A stretch of 64,000 nt of DNA from Candidatus Woesebacteria bacterium GW2011_GWF1_31_35 (GCA_001029755.1 CP011214.1:65754-129753), one strand, 5' to 3'; positions 9,810-20,063 are shown, counted from the first letter of the stretch. Notes: generated by a model not told the origin, from the letters alone. Program-made: numbers and translations.

Positions 9810-10877
9810 TCAAGAGGTTAATTTTAATTTCTCCATAAGAATTGAATAAAAACGAAGATTATGGATGGTTGCAAGTCTTCCCGCAGTAAAATCTTTAATT
9901 TTAAAAAGATGTGCTAAATAACTTCTTGAATACTTTTTACAAGTTAAACAATCACAAGCTGTACTAATAGGACTAAGGTCATCTAAGTTTTTCCCTTTTG
10001 AAGGATCAAAATACGAATAAAAATTAGGTTTTCTAACATCTATTTCTTTAATTGTTTTGGCATTATAGACATAAAGTCTGCCATGTCTCGCATCGCGAGT
10101 CGGAAGTACACAATCAAAAATATCAAAACCCATTTTAACTAAATTAACTATTTCATGAGGTTTACCAACACCTAATCCATAAAGCATATAAGTCTTTGGA
10201 GAATTTTCACACATTACTTTAGCTACCTCATAATCAAATTCTCCATTTTCTTTTATTGGCCAACCACCGTAACCCAATCCATCAAACCCAATTTTAATAA
10301 GTTCTTCAATGCAATATTTTCTTAAATCTAAATATTTTCCACCCTGAACAACACCTAAAATAAAAGGCCTCTGACCTTTATTTAATTTTCTTTCTTTACA
10401 AATTTTTTCAAATTCTTCCTTGCCTTTTTTAGCCCAAAGAATAGTTCTATTAACAGATTCTAAAGCCTTTTTATAATCATCTGAAGGATCTGTAAAATCA
10501 TCTAAAACAACAACCATATCAACACCTAAATCCATCTGAAATCTAATTGATTTCTGTGGTGTTAAAAGTAATTTTTTCTCTCCTGATGCTTTAAAAGTTA
10601 CACCAATATTAGTAACCTTACCAAACTTTGGATTTTTTTTAATTAAACTCCCAACCTGAAAACCTCCAGAATCTGAAATTACTGAACCATTCCACCCCAT
10701 CATTTTCTTTATTCCACCATTTTTTCTAATTAAATCTGGCCCTAAATCTTTATAAAGATGATAAGTATTTACTAAAATACCTTGAGTTTTTGTATTTTCG
10801 ATGTCTGTTGTATCTAACGTTTTAACAACAGCACGGGTTGCATCAGGAAAAAAGATTGGGAATGGAGGAAGCTTCAT
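9810..10877 (-). CDS. tgt: queuine tRNA-ribosyltransferase
   Basis: It has the TIM-barrel TGT motifs (VNTYHLY, DSGGFQ) and the zinc site CDCLTC...H. Confidence 0.85.
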   Translation of the reverse strand: MKLPPFPIFFPDATRAVVKTLDTTDIENTKTQGILVNTYHLYKDLGPDLIRKNGGIKKMMGWNGSVISDSGGFQVGSLIKKNPKFGKVTNIGVTFKASGEKKLLLTPQKSIRFQMDLGVDMVVVLDDFTDPSDDYKKALESVNRTILWAKKGKEEFEKICKERKLNKGQRPFILGVVQGGKYLDLRKYCIEELIKIGFDGLGYGGWPIKENGEFDYEVAKVMCENSPKTYMLYGLGVGKPHEIVNLVKMGFDIFDCVLPTRDARHGRLYVYNAKTIKEIDVRKPNFYSYFDPSKGKNLDDLSPISTACDCLTCKKYSRSYLAHLFKIKDFTAGRLATIHNLRFYSILMEKLKLTS

Positions 10878-11551
10878 TTTTTACCAAGAGTAATAACGAC
10901 ATCAAAACTACTTGTTACAACCAAAGTCTTAGTTTCTTTTGCAACTTGATAGTTTTTCGATAAATCAGTTGTTAGAAGATTAATAAATTCCTTTTTAGCA
11001 TCTTTAATAGAAATTTCTGTTTCAGTAAAATCTGAAGCACTAGCATTTCCAGTATCAACATTTTTATAACCTAATCCTTCAAGATATGTTTTAGCTTTAC
11101 CTGCAGCTCCGGAAACTCCACTACCATTTAAAACTTGAATTTTTAGAGTATCTCTTTTTAAAGTCCCGGCAGAACTAGCAGTTGGGGAAGGTTCAGTTAT
11201 TGAAGTTCCAGAAGAAATTGGAGTAGGAGTAGAATTTTCTTTATTTAATTTTGAAACACCAGAAAAATAAGTAATAAGTCCTCCTACTAAGGCTCCAACT
11301 AAAAGGGCTGTTGGGATTATAATCCAGAGATAATTTGGTTTTTCAGTTTCAACTTTTTCTTTTTGGACCTCTTTAACAGAAACTTCTTCTTTTTTCTCTT
11401 CAATAACATCAGTTTCTTTTTTATCTTTTACATCTAAAGTTTCTGGTTCTTCTTTTTTGTTTTCATCTTTAACTGGAGTTGTCTCTTCGTCAGAAGCTAC
11501 TTCTTCTACAACCATAAGCTTTTTTGCTTTTTCTTCCTTATCTTTTGGCAT
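10874..11551 (-). CDS. membrane-anchored LytR_C domain protein (paralog of 9114..9773)
   Basis: It has an acidic N-terminus, one TM, and a LytR_C-like block (LKIQVLNGSGVSGAAGKAKTYLEGLGYKNVDTGNAS...VVITLG). Confidence 0.5.
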   Translation of the reverse strand: MPKDKEEKAKKLMVVEEVASDEETTPVKDENKKEEPETLDVKDKKETDVIEEKKEEVSVKEVQKEKVETEKPNYLWIIIPTALLVGALVGGLITYFSGVSKLNKENSTPTPISSGTSITEPSPTASSAGTLKRDTLKIQVLNGSGVSGAAGKAKTYLEGLGYKNVDTGNASASDFTETEISIKDAKKEFINLLTTDLSKNYQVAKETKTLVVTSSFDVVITLGKK

Positions 11552-11571
11552 ACATTAATTATACAACAAAT

Positions 11572-12111
11572 TTATTTATTATTTTTTTCTAAATATAATT
11601 CAAATAATTTAAATATTGTAATTGTTGGTCCATCTTTAATTTCACTATTTTTAATCATATTTTTAATTTCAGTTATATTTACTTTTTTAACTTTCATTCC
11701 TTCTTCATCTGGATCAGGTTTTTGACCTACAACTTTTAAATTAGTTGCTAAATAAACATGATATTCTTGAGTGTTATGTCCTGGAGCCAAAAAAAATCTA
11801 CCAATTTCTATAATATTTTCAGAAATTAATCCTGCTTCTTCTTCTAATTCATGTATTGCAGCTTCTTTAATGGATTTGTGATTCTCAAAGTGTCCTTGTG
11901 GAAATTCCCAAGAGTAAAGGTTAATTGGATATCTATATTGGCCAACAAGATAAAAATATTCTCCATCAAAAGGTATTATTCCAACAGCCTCACTTTTGTG
12001 TACAACTCCCCAAGTTAAATTAAGTCCATTATCTGTTGTTACTTCATCTTCAGTAACAGTCATATAAGGATTTTTATATACTTCTTTACTTGATTTTACT
12101 TTCCAAGCCAT
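11572..12111 (-). CDS. NUDIX hydrolase (ADP-ribose pyrophosphatase-like)
   Basis: It has a Nudix box, GHFENHKSIKEAAIHELEEEAGL. Confidence 0.75.
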   Translation of the reverse strand: MAWKVKSSKEVYKNPYMTVTEDEVTTDNGLNLTWGVVHKSEAVGIIPFDGEYFYLVGQYRYPINLYSWEFPQGHFENHKSIKEAAIHELEEEAGLISENIIEIGRFFLAPGHNTQEYHVYLATNLKVVGQKPDPDEEGMKVKKVNITEIKNMIKNSEIKDGPTITIFKLFELYLEKNNK

Positions 12112-12116
12112 AAAAG

Positions 12117-12587
12117 TTATTTTACTCCTAGAAGCTCAACTTCAAAAATTAATGTAGCGTTTGGAGGAATTACACCACCAGCACCCTGAGTTCCATAACC
12201 TAATTCAGATGGAATTGTTAATTTCCTTTTTCCTCCAACTTTCATACCAACGACACCCTGATCCCAACCTTTTATTACTTCCCCTGCCCCTAAATTAAAG
12301 GTAAATGGTTCTCCACGATCTTTTGAACTATCAAATTTAGTTCCATCAGTTAATGTTCCTGTGTAATGAACTGTTACCGATTTTCCACTAACAGCCTCCA
12401 CTCCAGTTCCGACAACCAAATCTTCAATTTTTAATTCATTTTGCACTTCATCATTTTGCACAACTACAGGTGTTTCTGCAACAGGCACTTTGTAATTTTT
12501 TAGAATATAGACAATTCCAAAAGTTACTACCCCTATTACAATTACATATCCTAATACGTTTAAAATGTTAAATTTGTCTTTACTCAT
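12117..12587 (-). CDS. FKBP-type peptidyl-prolyl cis-trans isomerase
   Basis: It has the FKBP domain ([18 protein letters not shown]...[18 protein letters not shown]...[10 protein letters not shown]) and an N-terminal TM anchor. Confidence 0.85.
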   Translation of the reverse strand: MSKDKFNILNVLGYVIVIGVVTFGIVYILKNYKVPVAETPVVVQNDEVQNELKIEDLVVGTGVEAVSGKSVTVHYTGTLTDGTKFDSSKDRGEPFTFNLGAGEVIKGWDQGVVGMKVGGKRKLTIPSELGYGTQGAGGVIPPNATLIFEVELLGVK

Positions 12588-12661
12588 TAATAAATAACAA
12601 TATTACACTTTTTATAATCTTTTTAAAATGCTAAGAATTTAAATAAGTTAGACTCCTAAAT

Positions 12662-13477
12662 TTATTTCGTAAGAAAGTTTTGTTTTGTAACAATTGATCT
12701 CTTTAATCTTCTCTCCAACTTTCTTCTTGCTACCCCTGCAATTTCTCCACCATCTCCTGCATCTTTTTTTAACTTTTTAAACCCTTTTGAATCTTCAACT
12801 CTATGAATTTCAGTCGTAGACCTCTCGCCAAGCATAGTAAAAATTAATTCAAAATCATCCATATGATCTCTTAGATTTTGTCTTTTTAAACCTTTTAATT
12901 TCTTATATTGTGATGGTGTAACACCAAAAGTAGCTTTTGAAATTTCTGAAGTTAAAATTTTATAATCCAAATCTTTCTCAATACCTCTGTTTTTCCATTC
13001 ATTAGTTAATTCCTCACGAATAACAATACCGCGCATTCTTTTTTCTATCCATGAATCAGGATAACCTTTAGCTTTATACAAATATCTAGTTCTTTTTGTT
13101 GCTAGTTCTGGGTCTTCAATTTCCTGTATTCTTTCAAACCCAACTTTGGCCAACCAACGTTTAAAAGGTTCTGCTTTGGGAGAATTGACTGATTGAACTA
13201 ATCTAAATATACCTTCAGTATTCCAACAATACATTTTTTGTTTTCCACCAAGTGTATTCATCTGAAGCATAAGGGGTGGTACAAATTGTACCCCCCCTTT
13301 ATTTATCAATTTAGCAAGCTCTTTATCCCTACTTTTCATTTTTTTGAAGTATTGTGCAGGATCTTTGGATTCGATCAAAACTTGAATTACATCATTTATA
13401 ACAAACCACCATTCACCTTGATAAATTTTTCTTCTTATTCCTTTATTCCTGAATAATGCGATTTGAGTATCAGTCAT
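12662..13477 (-). CDS. Bro-N domain protein (DinD / phage antirepressor-like)
   Basis: The N-terminal FRNKGIRRKIYQGEWWFVINDVIQVLIESKDP matches the Bro-N fold signature, and the C-terminal half is basic. Local GC is slightly above the surrounding genes. Confidence 0.5.
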   Translation of the reverse strand: MTDTQIALFRNKGIRRKIYQGEWWFVINDVIQVLIESKDPAQYFKKMKSRDKELAKLINKGGVQFVPPLMLQMNTLGGKQKMYCWNTEGIFRLVQSVNSPKAEPFKRWLAKVGFERIQEIEDPELATKRTRYLYKAKGYPDSWIEKRMRGIVIREELTNEWKNRGIEKDLDYKILTSEISKATFGVTPSQYKKLKGLKRQNLRDHMDDFELIFTMLGERSTTEIHRVEDSKGFKKLKKDAGDGGEIAGVARRKLERRLKRSIVTKQNFLTK

Positions 13478-13523
13478 TAATTAACAATAATACGAATCAT
13501 TACCGAAGTCAATATTAACTCCA

Positions 13524-14243
13524 TCAGTTAAATTTTTGGAAATATCTAAACATGTCATCCATTTTCTTTATTACATCAGTATCGACCTTTATTTTATATG
13601 CACCAGCAACGTGTTTATGAGTAGCATACTCATACATAGTTGCGATACGAATAATATTGGGAGATACATATGCCAACATGCTTACCAAATACGGCACATG
13701 ATAAATAAGTCCCCAAACACTTATAACATTGTCACGAGATTCATCAGATAAACTATCAGGTGAAGGAATTTTATTTAGAGAGAAATTTTTATTAATCTGG
13801 TCAATAACATGAGAACGAACCCAATCAATTTGTGTTTTAGTTTCAAATGTACCATCACCCCAATATGAGCGAATCATGTATTTTAAAAATCCTGCCATGT
13901 CACCCAAAGATGATTTTAAATTTCCATCATTTTTTTCTAAAAAATAGGTTAGAAGTGTTGACGTTGTAAAAGGTTTAGAACTGTCTTTTTGTTTATACAT
14001 ATTTTCAATTTCATCTTTTATTGGTTCGTAATAATTAAAAATAGCCTCGTCGGAGAAAACATTCCCAATTTTAGGATGATGTTCAGAATAAAGTTGTGTA
14101 CCGGGAACAGCAACCATTTGTGTATTAGCCACGTTAATAACTGCCTGTATCTCATCGGGAATACGTTTATAAAAGATACCATACAATTTAAAAATTACTT
14201 CTTTATCTTTAAATGTATCAGATAAAATCTGTAAAGGTATCAT
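13524..14243 (-). CDS. hypothetical protein (downstream part of a single frame interrupted by one TGA)
   Basis: A 239-aa ORF. Its frame is continuous upstream for 34 sense codons, up to a single TGA at 14346..14348 that ends ORF 14346..14765. Confidence 0.4.
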   Translation of the reverse strand: MIPLQILSDTFKDKEVIFKLYGIFYKRIPDEIQAVINVANTQMVAVPGTQLYSEHHPKIGNVFSDEAIFNYYEPIKDEIENMYKQKDSSKPFTTSTLLTYFLEKNDGNLKSSLGDMAGFLKYMIRSYWGDGTFETKTQIDWVRSHVIDQINKNFSLNKIPSPDSLSDESRDNVISVWGLIYHVPYLVSMLAYVSPNIIRIATMYEYATHKHVAGAYKIKVDTDVIKKMDDMFRYFQKFN

Positions 14244-14345
14244 ACCTATATATTTTTCATCACCTGGAAAAACCTCTTCTTCTTTTATTGGTATTGCTAA
14301 AAGTTCTATAGCATCAACATCACTTAAATAATTCGTGCTTTTTTC

Positions 14346-14684
14346 TCAAACAACTGTTTTGTTTGGATTGTTTGAGTAAAATTTTTCAACCGAGGATTGT
14401 ATTACATCTAAATAAGGAAGATAGTTATCGTTACCTATTTCACCAGCTTCTTTAATCAAAGATTCTTCGATATTTAACGCATCCCTACTACCACTCATAT
14501 CCACCAAAGACGCTAGATTATTTGACATAAAGTTTAATGCTGTTATATTCTCATCTTTGTTTGGCAAAAAACTTCCAAAAAATAAAGCTCCTGTTCCAAT
14601 GGCAAACAATTTTAAAAAGTCTTTCCTTGATATTGAAATATTGTTTGGTACAACCTCGGGAATATTTATATCTTTTTTATCCAT
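14346..14684 (-). CDS. hypothetical secreted protein fragment (upstream part of the same interrupted frame)
   Basis: Start chosen at MDKKD (14684), 8 nt inside the secA stop. It has a signal-peptide-like SRKDFLKLFAIGTGALFFGSFLP and ends at TGA 14346..14348, in frame with 13524..14243. Confidence 0.35.
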   Translation of the reverse strand: MDKKDINIPEVVPNNISISRKDFLKLFAIGTGALFFGSFLPNKDENITALNFMSNNLASLVDMSGSRDALNIEESLIKEAGEIGNDNYLPYLDVIQSSVEKFYSNNPNKTVV

Positions 14685-17334
14685 ATTGTGGGTAGTGACA
14701 TCGTTTAAATTTTTTTCCGCTCCCACACCAACATGGATCATTACGTCCAATTTTAGGTTTGTCACTTTGTTTGTTGTTTATTTGTTTATTTGAATTGTCC
14801 TTTTCTACTAAACCAGTCATATCTGTTTTATCAATATTTTCAGTTGCAATATTAAGTGGAATTTCAGGTTGTGGAACATTAACCCCAATTCTAAATAGTC
14901 TTCTTGCAACTTCTTCATCAATTTTATTAAGAAGTGTTTCAAACATCTGATATGCTTCACCTTTAAATTCAACTAAAGGATCTCTTTGTCCATAAGCTCT
15001 TAGTCCAATTGCTTCTCTCAGGTCATCAATTGTATCAATATGGTCAATCCAATAATGATCAATTGAACCTAGGTAAGCATATTTTTCAATTTGGCGCATC
15101 ATGTTCTCACCTACTTGTGTTTCTCTTGCCTTATGCATATCCTTAAAAACGGTTTCTATAAATTCTTCAACTTCTTTAGAACTATTTCTTTTGGTAAGTT
15201 CATTTTTAAATTGTTTTGTAGAAGTTGGATCAAAAGGAACAACTTCTAAAAATCCAGCTACAACCGCATCATAGTCAATTGGAGTTATTTCACTTTGAGA
15301 TATTTTTTTAGCATGAATTCCAAGTTTCTCTAAAACTTCATCTTTTAAGTTTTTACTATCCAAAACTTTTCTTCTTAATGTATAAACTATCTCTCTTTGT
15401 TGATTAGCTACATCGTCAAATTCAACTAAACGTTTTCTAGTATCAAAATGAAATCCTTCTACTTTTACCTGAGATTGTTCAATAGCTCGACTTACCAATG
15501 GATTTTCAATTGGTTGATCTTCTGGAATTTTAAGTCTATCCATTAAGGATTTAATTTGTTCTCCACCAAAGATTCTCATTAAATCATCTTCCAATGAAAG
15601 ATAAAATTTTGAAGATCCAGGATCTCCCTGTCTTCCCGCACGACCCCTCAATTGATTATCAATTCTTCTTGATTCATGTCTTTCAGTCCCTATAACATGT
15701 AAGCCCCCTGTATCAATTACTTCTTTGTGAAGTTTTTCCCATTTTTCAATATCTTTTTTAGTATCAGGTTTAATACCACCCAAAATAATATCAACACCAC
15801 GACCAGCCATATTGGTGGCAACAGTTACAGCTTTTAATTTACCAGCATTTGCAATAATTTCAGCTTCCCTTTCATGATTTTTAGCATTTAATACATTGTG
15901 TGGAATTTTTCTTCTTTTTAAGTATTCAGAAATAATTACATTTTTTTCAATTGAAGTAGTACCAACCAAAACTGGTTGTCCATTTTTGTATTTTTCTTCA
16001 ATTGCATTAACAATTGCAGTATATTTTCCAGACAATGTTTTATAAATTGCATCTCCTTCATCAATTCTTATCATTTCTCTATTAGTTGGAATCGCAACAA
16101 CATCTAGTTTATAAATTTTTTTAAACTCTTCAGCCTCAGTTACTGCAGTACCTGTCATACCTGATAGGTGTTTATACATCCTGAAGTAATTTTGGAAAGA
16201 AATTGTTGCCAGTGTTTTACTTTCTTGTTGAATTGTTACCCCCTCTTTTGCTTCAACTGCTTGATGCAAACCATCTGACCAACGTCTACCTACCATTAGC
16301 CTTCCTGTAAATTCATCAACAATTATTACTTCATTATCTTTAACTACATAGTCTTTATCTTTAAGATAAAGACTTCTAGCTCTAAGTGCATTTTCAATAT
16401 GGTGAATACTTTCAAAATCTTTTTCATATAAATTATCAACTCCTAATACTTTTTCAACCTTACTAATACCATGTTCAGTTAAGGAAGCACTTTTACTTTT
16501 TTCATCAATTTTAAAATCAGTTTCAACATTTAATTTATCTACAATGCCTGCAAACTGATAATATTTTTGAGTAGGTTCCATGTCAGGCGCAGAAATAATT
16601 AATGGGGTTCTAGCTTCATCAATCAAAATTGAATCAACCTCATCAACAATTGCAAAATAATGACTTCTTTGACTCATTTCATCCAGGCTTTGAACCATGT
16701 TATCTCTTAAGTAATCAAAACCAAATTCATTATTAGTTCCATATGTAATATCAGTTTGGTAAGCTTCTTTTCTGGAAGCTGGTCTTAGGTGAGCCAGTCT
16801 TTCATCACCATGACTATTATCTGTAAATTTAGAATCAAATATAAATGATTTATTTTCCTGGACTATTACTCCAACCGAAAGTCCTAAAATTTCAAAAATT
16901 GGAGCATTCCAACCAGCACCAAGCCTTGCTAAAAAATCATTAACTGTTACCAAATGAACACCTTCTCCTTTTAGAGATCTTAGATAAAGTGCTGGAACTG
17001 CAGAAAGAGTTTTTCCTTCACCTGTTTTTTGTTCTACAATCTTTCCTTCAAAAAGTGCAATTGCTGCCATTAACTGAACATCATAATGTCGTTGGCCTAA
17101 AACTCTCCAAGAAGCTTCTCTTACTAAGGCATAGCTTTCAGGTAAAATTGATTCTAGAGTTTCACCTTTTTTAATTCTTTCTTTAAACTTTAAAGTTTCT
17201 TTCTTAAAATCTTCGATTTTAAATTTTTCATACTTACTAGAATGTTTATTAATCTCTACAACAGGTTTATTAAGTCTGTCTACTTCCTTTTGATTAAGGT
17301 CTAAAAATTTCGAAAAGAATTTAAACTTAAACAT
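14677..17334 (-). CDS. secA: preprotein translocase subunit SecA
   Basis: An 885-aa protein with DEAD-like motor motifs and a C-terminal zinc finger CWCGSGKKFKRCH. Confidence 0.95.
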   Translation of the reverse strand: MFKFKFFSKFLDLNQKEVDRLNKPVVEINKHSSKYEKFKIEDFKKETLKFKERIKKGETLESILPESYALVREASWRVLGQRHYDVQLMAAIALFEGKIVEQKTGEGKTLSAVPALYLRSLKGEGVHLVTVNDFLARLGAGWNAPIFEILGLSVGVIVQENKSFIFDSKFTDNSHGDERLAHLRPASRKEAYQTDITYGTNNEFGFDYLRDNMVQSLDEMSQRSHYFAIVDEVDSILIDEARTPLIISAPDMEPTQKYYQFAGIVDKLNVETDFKIDEKSKSASLTEHGISKVEKVLGVDNLYEKDFESIHHIENALRARSLYLKDKDYVVKDNEVIIVDEFTGRLMVGRRWSDGLHQAVEAKEGVTIQQESKTLATISFQNYFRMYKHLSGMTGTAVTEAEEFKKIYKLDVVAIPTNREMIRIDEGDAIYKTLSGKYTAIVNAIEEKYKNGQPVLVGTTSIEKNVIISEYLKRRKIPHNVLNAKNHEREAEIIANAGKLKAVTVATNMAGRGVDIILGGIKPDTKKDIEKWEKLHKEVIDTGGLHVIGTERHESRRIDNQLRGRAGRQGDPGSSKFYLSLEDDLMRIFGGEQIKSLMDRLKIPEDQPIENPLVSRAIEQSQVKVEGFHFDTRKRLVEFDDVANQQREIVYTLRRKVLDSKNLKDEVLEKLGIHAKKISQSEITPIDYDAVVAGFLEVVPFDPTSTKQFKNELTKRNSSKEVEEFIETVFKDMHKARETQVGENMMRQIEKYAYLGSIDHYWIDHIDTIDDLREAIGLRAYGQRDPLVEFKGEAYQMFETLLNKIDEEVARRLFRIGVNVPQPEIPLNIATENIDKTDMTGLVEKDNSNKQINNKQSDKPKIGRNDPCWCGSGKKFKRCHYPQYG

Positions 17335-17401
17335 AGATAAGTACTATTCTAACAGAATACATCCTGTGGTAAAATACGCTTTAGTAAACTTAACTAAGAA
17401 T

Positions 17402-18115
17402 ATGGAATTAGGAAAAGAAGATAAAGAAAACCCTCGACAACTTAAAGATGTAAATTTTTATATTGTCCCTGGAGGTATGTCTCCCACAATTCAAGAATGG
17501 CAAAATGATTTTGGAGAATTAATTAATAACATGGGGGTAAAAAAGGAAAATATTCATTTATCTCACCTTACAAATACAAATAAACCCAAAACATATTTTG
17601 GCCCATATAAAGATTGGAGAGAATCTTCAGATCTTCCAATTAATCCTGAAGAATCTAAAAATTCTGTTATTATTGCTCATTCAAGTGGAGCAGAACTTGC
17701 CATGATTTGGGCAGAACATCATAAAAATTTAGGTCTTATCCTTTTTTCACCATATGTAGACTCAAATGTTGGGCCTTTGGGAAATGGTTATTTAGAAAAA
17801 TATAGTGGAATGTTTAATAAAACTAATAAAGATGGAAAAAAAGTTAATAGAGAATTTAATTGGGAAAGAATTAGTAAAAACAGTAACTTTGTAATTATTG
17901 TCCATTCAGAAAATGACAAATTAGTACCAGCTCACCAAAGTTTTAATGTTTACAGAAGATTAAGAGGTGATACAGAAAATAAAAATATAATCTTTATTAA
18001 TTCAGAAAAAGGTGGACATTATCCAGTAAAAAGCCAATTCACGGAAGTTATGAAAACTGGAAAAATTTTTGAAAGTTTAGTCAAAAATAGTTTATTTTCT
18101 ACAAATAAACATTAA
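17402..18115 (+). CDS. alpha/beta hydrolase, YdeN/RBBP9-like serine hydrolase family
   Basis: It has the nucleophile elbow IIAHSSGAE and a downstream His/Asp. The ATG at 17402 is preferred over the GTG at 17366. Confidence 0.5.
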   Translation: MELGKEDKENPRQLKDVNFYIVPGGMSPTIQEWQNDFGELINNMGVKKENIHLSHLTNTNKPKTYFGPYKDWRESSDLPINPEESKNSVIIAHSSGAELAMIWAEHHKNLGLILFSPYVDSNVGPLGNGYLEKYSGMFNKTNKDGKKVNREFNWERISKNSNFVIIVHSENDKLVPAHQSFNVYRRLRGDTENKNIIFINSEKGGHYPVKSQFTEVMKTGKIFESLVKNSLFSTNKH

Positions 18116-18727
18116 GTTTGCTTGAGGATAAAAAAAATCAACTATTTTAAAATTTTGTTTTAATTTTTCTCCAAACTTTAAAGCATCTTTTCTATTATCT
18201 TTATAAAACAAACGGTTAAATATTACTAAACCATGATTTGACAAAATCTTTTTAATATTATTTAAAAACTTTTCACTTTCAAATTTTTTAGGAAATTTAT
18301 TTCCACAATAAGTATCAACAATTATTAAATCAAAAATTCCTTTTGTTAATTTAAAGGCATCTTGAATTTTTATATCAACTTTACTTTCTTCTAATCCTAA
18401 ATATGTATTTCCCAACTTAACCATCAAAGGATCTATCTCGACACCAACAATCTTTACATTAGGATATTTTTTTCTAATTAATTTAACTACTGTTCCACCA
18501 CCTAATCCTAATATTAAACAATTTTTAATATCTTTATTGTTTATTTTTTTTAAAGTGGATTTCCAAATTGATTCAACTACTCCCCCAGATTGTGTTAATC
18601 CATTAACTTGAATATATGTTCCAAAACCTAAACTTTTAACAACTTTAATATCTTTGTTAAACTTTGAATGTCTAACTTCTAATACTTTAGTACCAAACAT
18701 AAGACAATTGTAATACAATATCGTCAT
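18092..18727 (-). CDS. spermidine synthase-like class I SAM-dependent methyltransferase
   Basis: It has the Rossmann motif LILGLGGGTVVKLI and VGVEIDPLMV, typical of PABS-fold proteins. Confidence 0.5.
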   Translation of the reverse strand: MTILYYNCLMFGTKVLEVRHSKFNKDIKVVKSLGFGTYIQVNGLTQSGGVVESIWKSTLKKINNKDIKNCLILGLGGGTVVKLIRKKYPNVKIVGVEIDPLMVKLGNTYLGLEESKVDIKIQDAFKLTKGIFDLIIVDTYCGNKFPKKFESEKFLNNIKKILSNHGLVIFNRLFYKDNRKDALKFGEKLKQNFKIVDFFYPQANLMFICRK

Positions 18728-18908
18728 GACAGAAAATGTACCAAAGGGAATATCAAAAAAAGATATTAATCATAAATTAGACCAAGAGTTTTTAAGAAGG
18801 TTACAGGTAAACTTTATTGTAGAAGGATTTAAAGAAACTCAAGCTTTGGTTCAAAAAGCACAAGAGAAAAAAGATAGTAATTTAAAAAACAATAAAGCTA
18901 ATTCATAA
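18726..18908 (+). CDS. small hypothetical protein
   Basis: A 60-aa ORF directly upstream of rarA on the same strand with no motif, so it may not be a real gene. Confidence 0.2.
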   Translation: MTENVPKGISKKDINHKLDQEFLRRLQVNFIVEGFKETQALVQKAQEKKDSNLKNNKANS

Positions 18909-18912
18909 ATTT

Positions 18913-20061
18913 ATGCAGCCACTTGCAGAAACATTAAGACCTAAAACTTTAAAAGATTTTGTTGGACAAGATCATCTTGTTGGAAAAAGTGGAATAATAA
19001 CAAAACTTCTAGATATTCAAACTAAAAACTTTCCATCTTTAATTCTGTGGGGGCCTCCAGGATGTGGAAAAACAACACTAGCAAGAATCATTGCAAATAG
19101 TATTAAAAAACCATTTTTCGAATTATCTGCAGTTAATACTTCATCTAAGATGATTAATGAAATTGTTGAAAAAGAGGATTCTCCAATTATTTTTATCGAT
19201 GAAATTCATAGATTTAATAAATCTCAACAATCAAGACTTTTGCCATATGTAGAAAATGGAAAAATATTATTTATCGGTGCTACAACTGAAAATCCATCTT
19301 TTGAAGTTATAGCTCCACTTCTTTCAAGAACCAGGGTATTACTTTTCAAAAATTTAGATAATGAGGAATTAAAAAAAATTATTAAAAAAGCTTTAAAACA
19401 TTTAAAGGTAAAAATTAAAAATGACGCAGAAAACTTTTTAATAGATTCCGCAAGTGGAGACGCTAGAATAATTATTAATGTTTTAGAAATTGCCAAAAGC
19501 TTAAGCAGGAAGCCAACTTTAAAAATAAAAGATATTGAAGAAGCACTACAAAAAAAACAACTTGCATTTGATAAACATGGAGATAACTTTTATGACACCA
19601 TTTCTGCATTTATTAAATCTTTAAGAGCTAGTGATGTCAATGCAGCTATCTACTACCTTGCAAGAATGGTAGAAGCAGGACAAGACCCGCTTTATATTGC
19701 TAGAAGAATGGTAGTATTTGCCTCAGAGGACATTGGAATGGCACAACCTACTGCTTTAGTAGTTGCTAATGATGTTTTTAGGGCTTGTGAAACTATTGGT
19801 TACCCCGAATGTCAAGAAAATTTAGCACACGGTGTTGTATATTTAGCTACAGCCAAAAAAGATCGATCAAGTTACAATGCTTATATGGAAGCATTATCAG
19901 ATGTTAGAAAATTAGGTAATCTTCCAATTCCTTTAAAGATTAGAAATCCTGTTACAAAATTAATGGGAGAAATAGGTTATGGAAAAAATTATAAAAAATA
20001 TGATGTAGAAAGTTATTTACCAGAAAGACTAAAAGGGAAAAAGTATTACAATAAACAATAA
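18913..20061 (+). CDS. rarA: replication-associated recombination protein A (AAA ATPase, RarA/MgsA family)
   Basis: It has Walker A GPPGCGKTT, Walker B IIFIDEIHRF and the MgsA C-terminal helical domain. Confidence 0.8.
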   Translation: MQPLAETLRPKTLKDFVGQDHLVGKSGIITKLLDIQTKNFPSLILWGPPGCGKTTLARIIANSIKKPFFELSAVNTSSKMINEIVEKEDSPIIFIDEIHRFNKSQQSRLLPYVENGKILFIGATTENPSFEVIAPLLSRTRVLLFKNLDNEELKKIIKKALKHLKVKIKNDAENFLIDSASGDARIIINVLEIAKSLSRKPTLKIKDIEEALQKKQLAFDKHGDNFYDTISAFIKSLRASDVNAAIYYLARMVEAGQDPLYIARRMVVFASEDIGMAQPTALVVANDVFRACETIGYPECQENLAHGVVYLATAKKDRSSYNAYMEALSDVRKLGNLPIPLKIRNPVTKLMGEIGYGKNYKKYDVESYLPERLKGKKYYNKQ

Positions 20062-20063
20062 GA

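Noticed and set aside
14620-14690. A twin-arginine (Tat) signal in SISRKDFLKLF.
   Set aside because: Only a single Arg is followed by Lys (RK, not RR). It is better read as a Sec-type signal peptide.
14346-14765. UGA reassignment (genetic code 25) as the explanation for the in-frame TGA.
   Set aside because: The window encodes an intact RF2, and numerous 400-900-aa genes are free of internal TGA, so the standard code applies.
19224-19496. Several 60-120-aa antisense ORFs inside rarA, serS, lon, secA and the methyltransferase (e.g. 19224..19496, 21428..21802, 30376..30675, 16989..17174, 36297..36554).
   Set aside because: All lie opposite long, well-supported genes and have low-complexity composition typical of shadow ORFs in AT-rich DNA.
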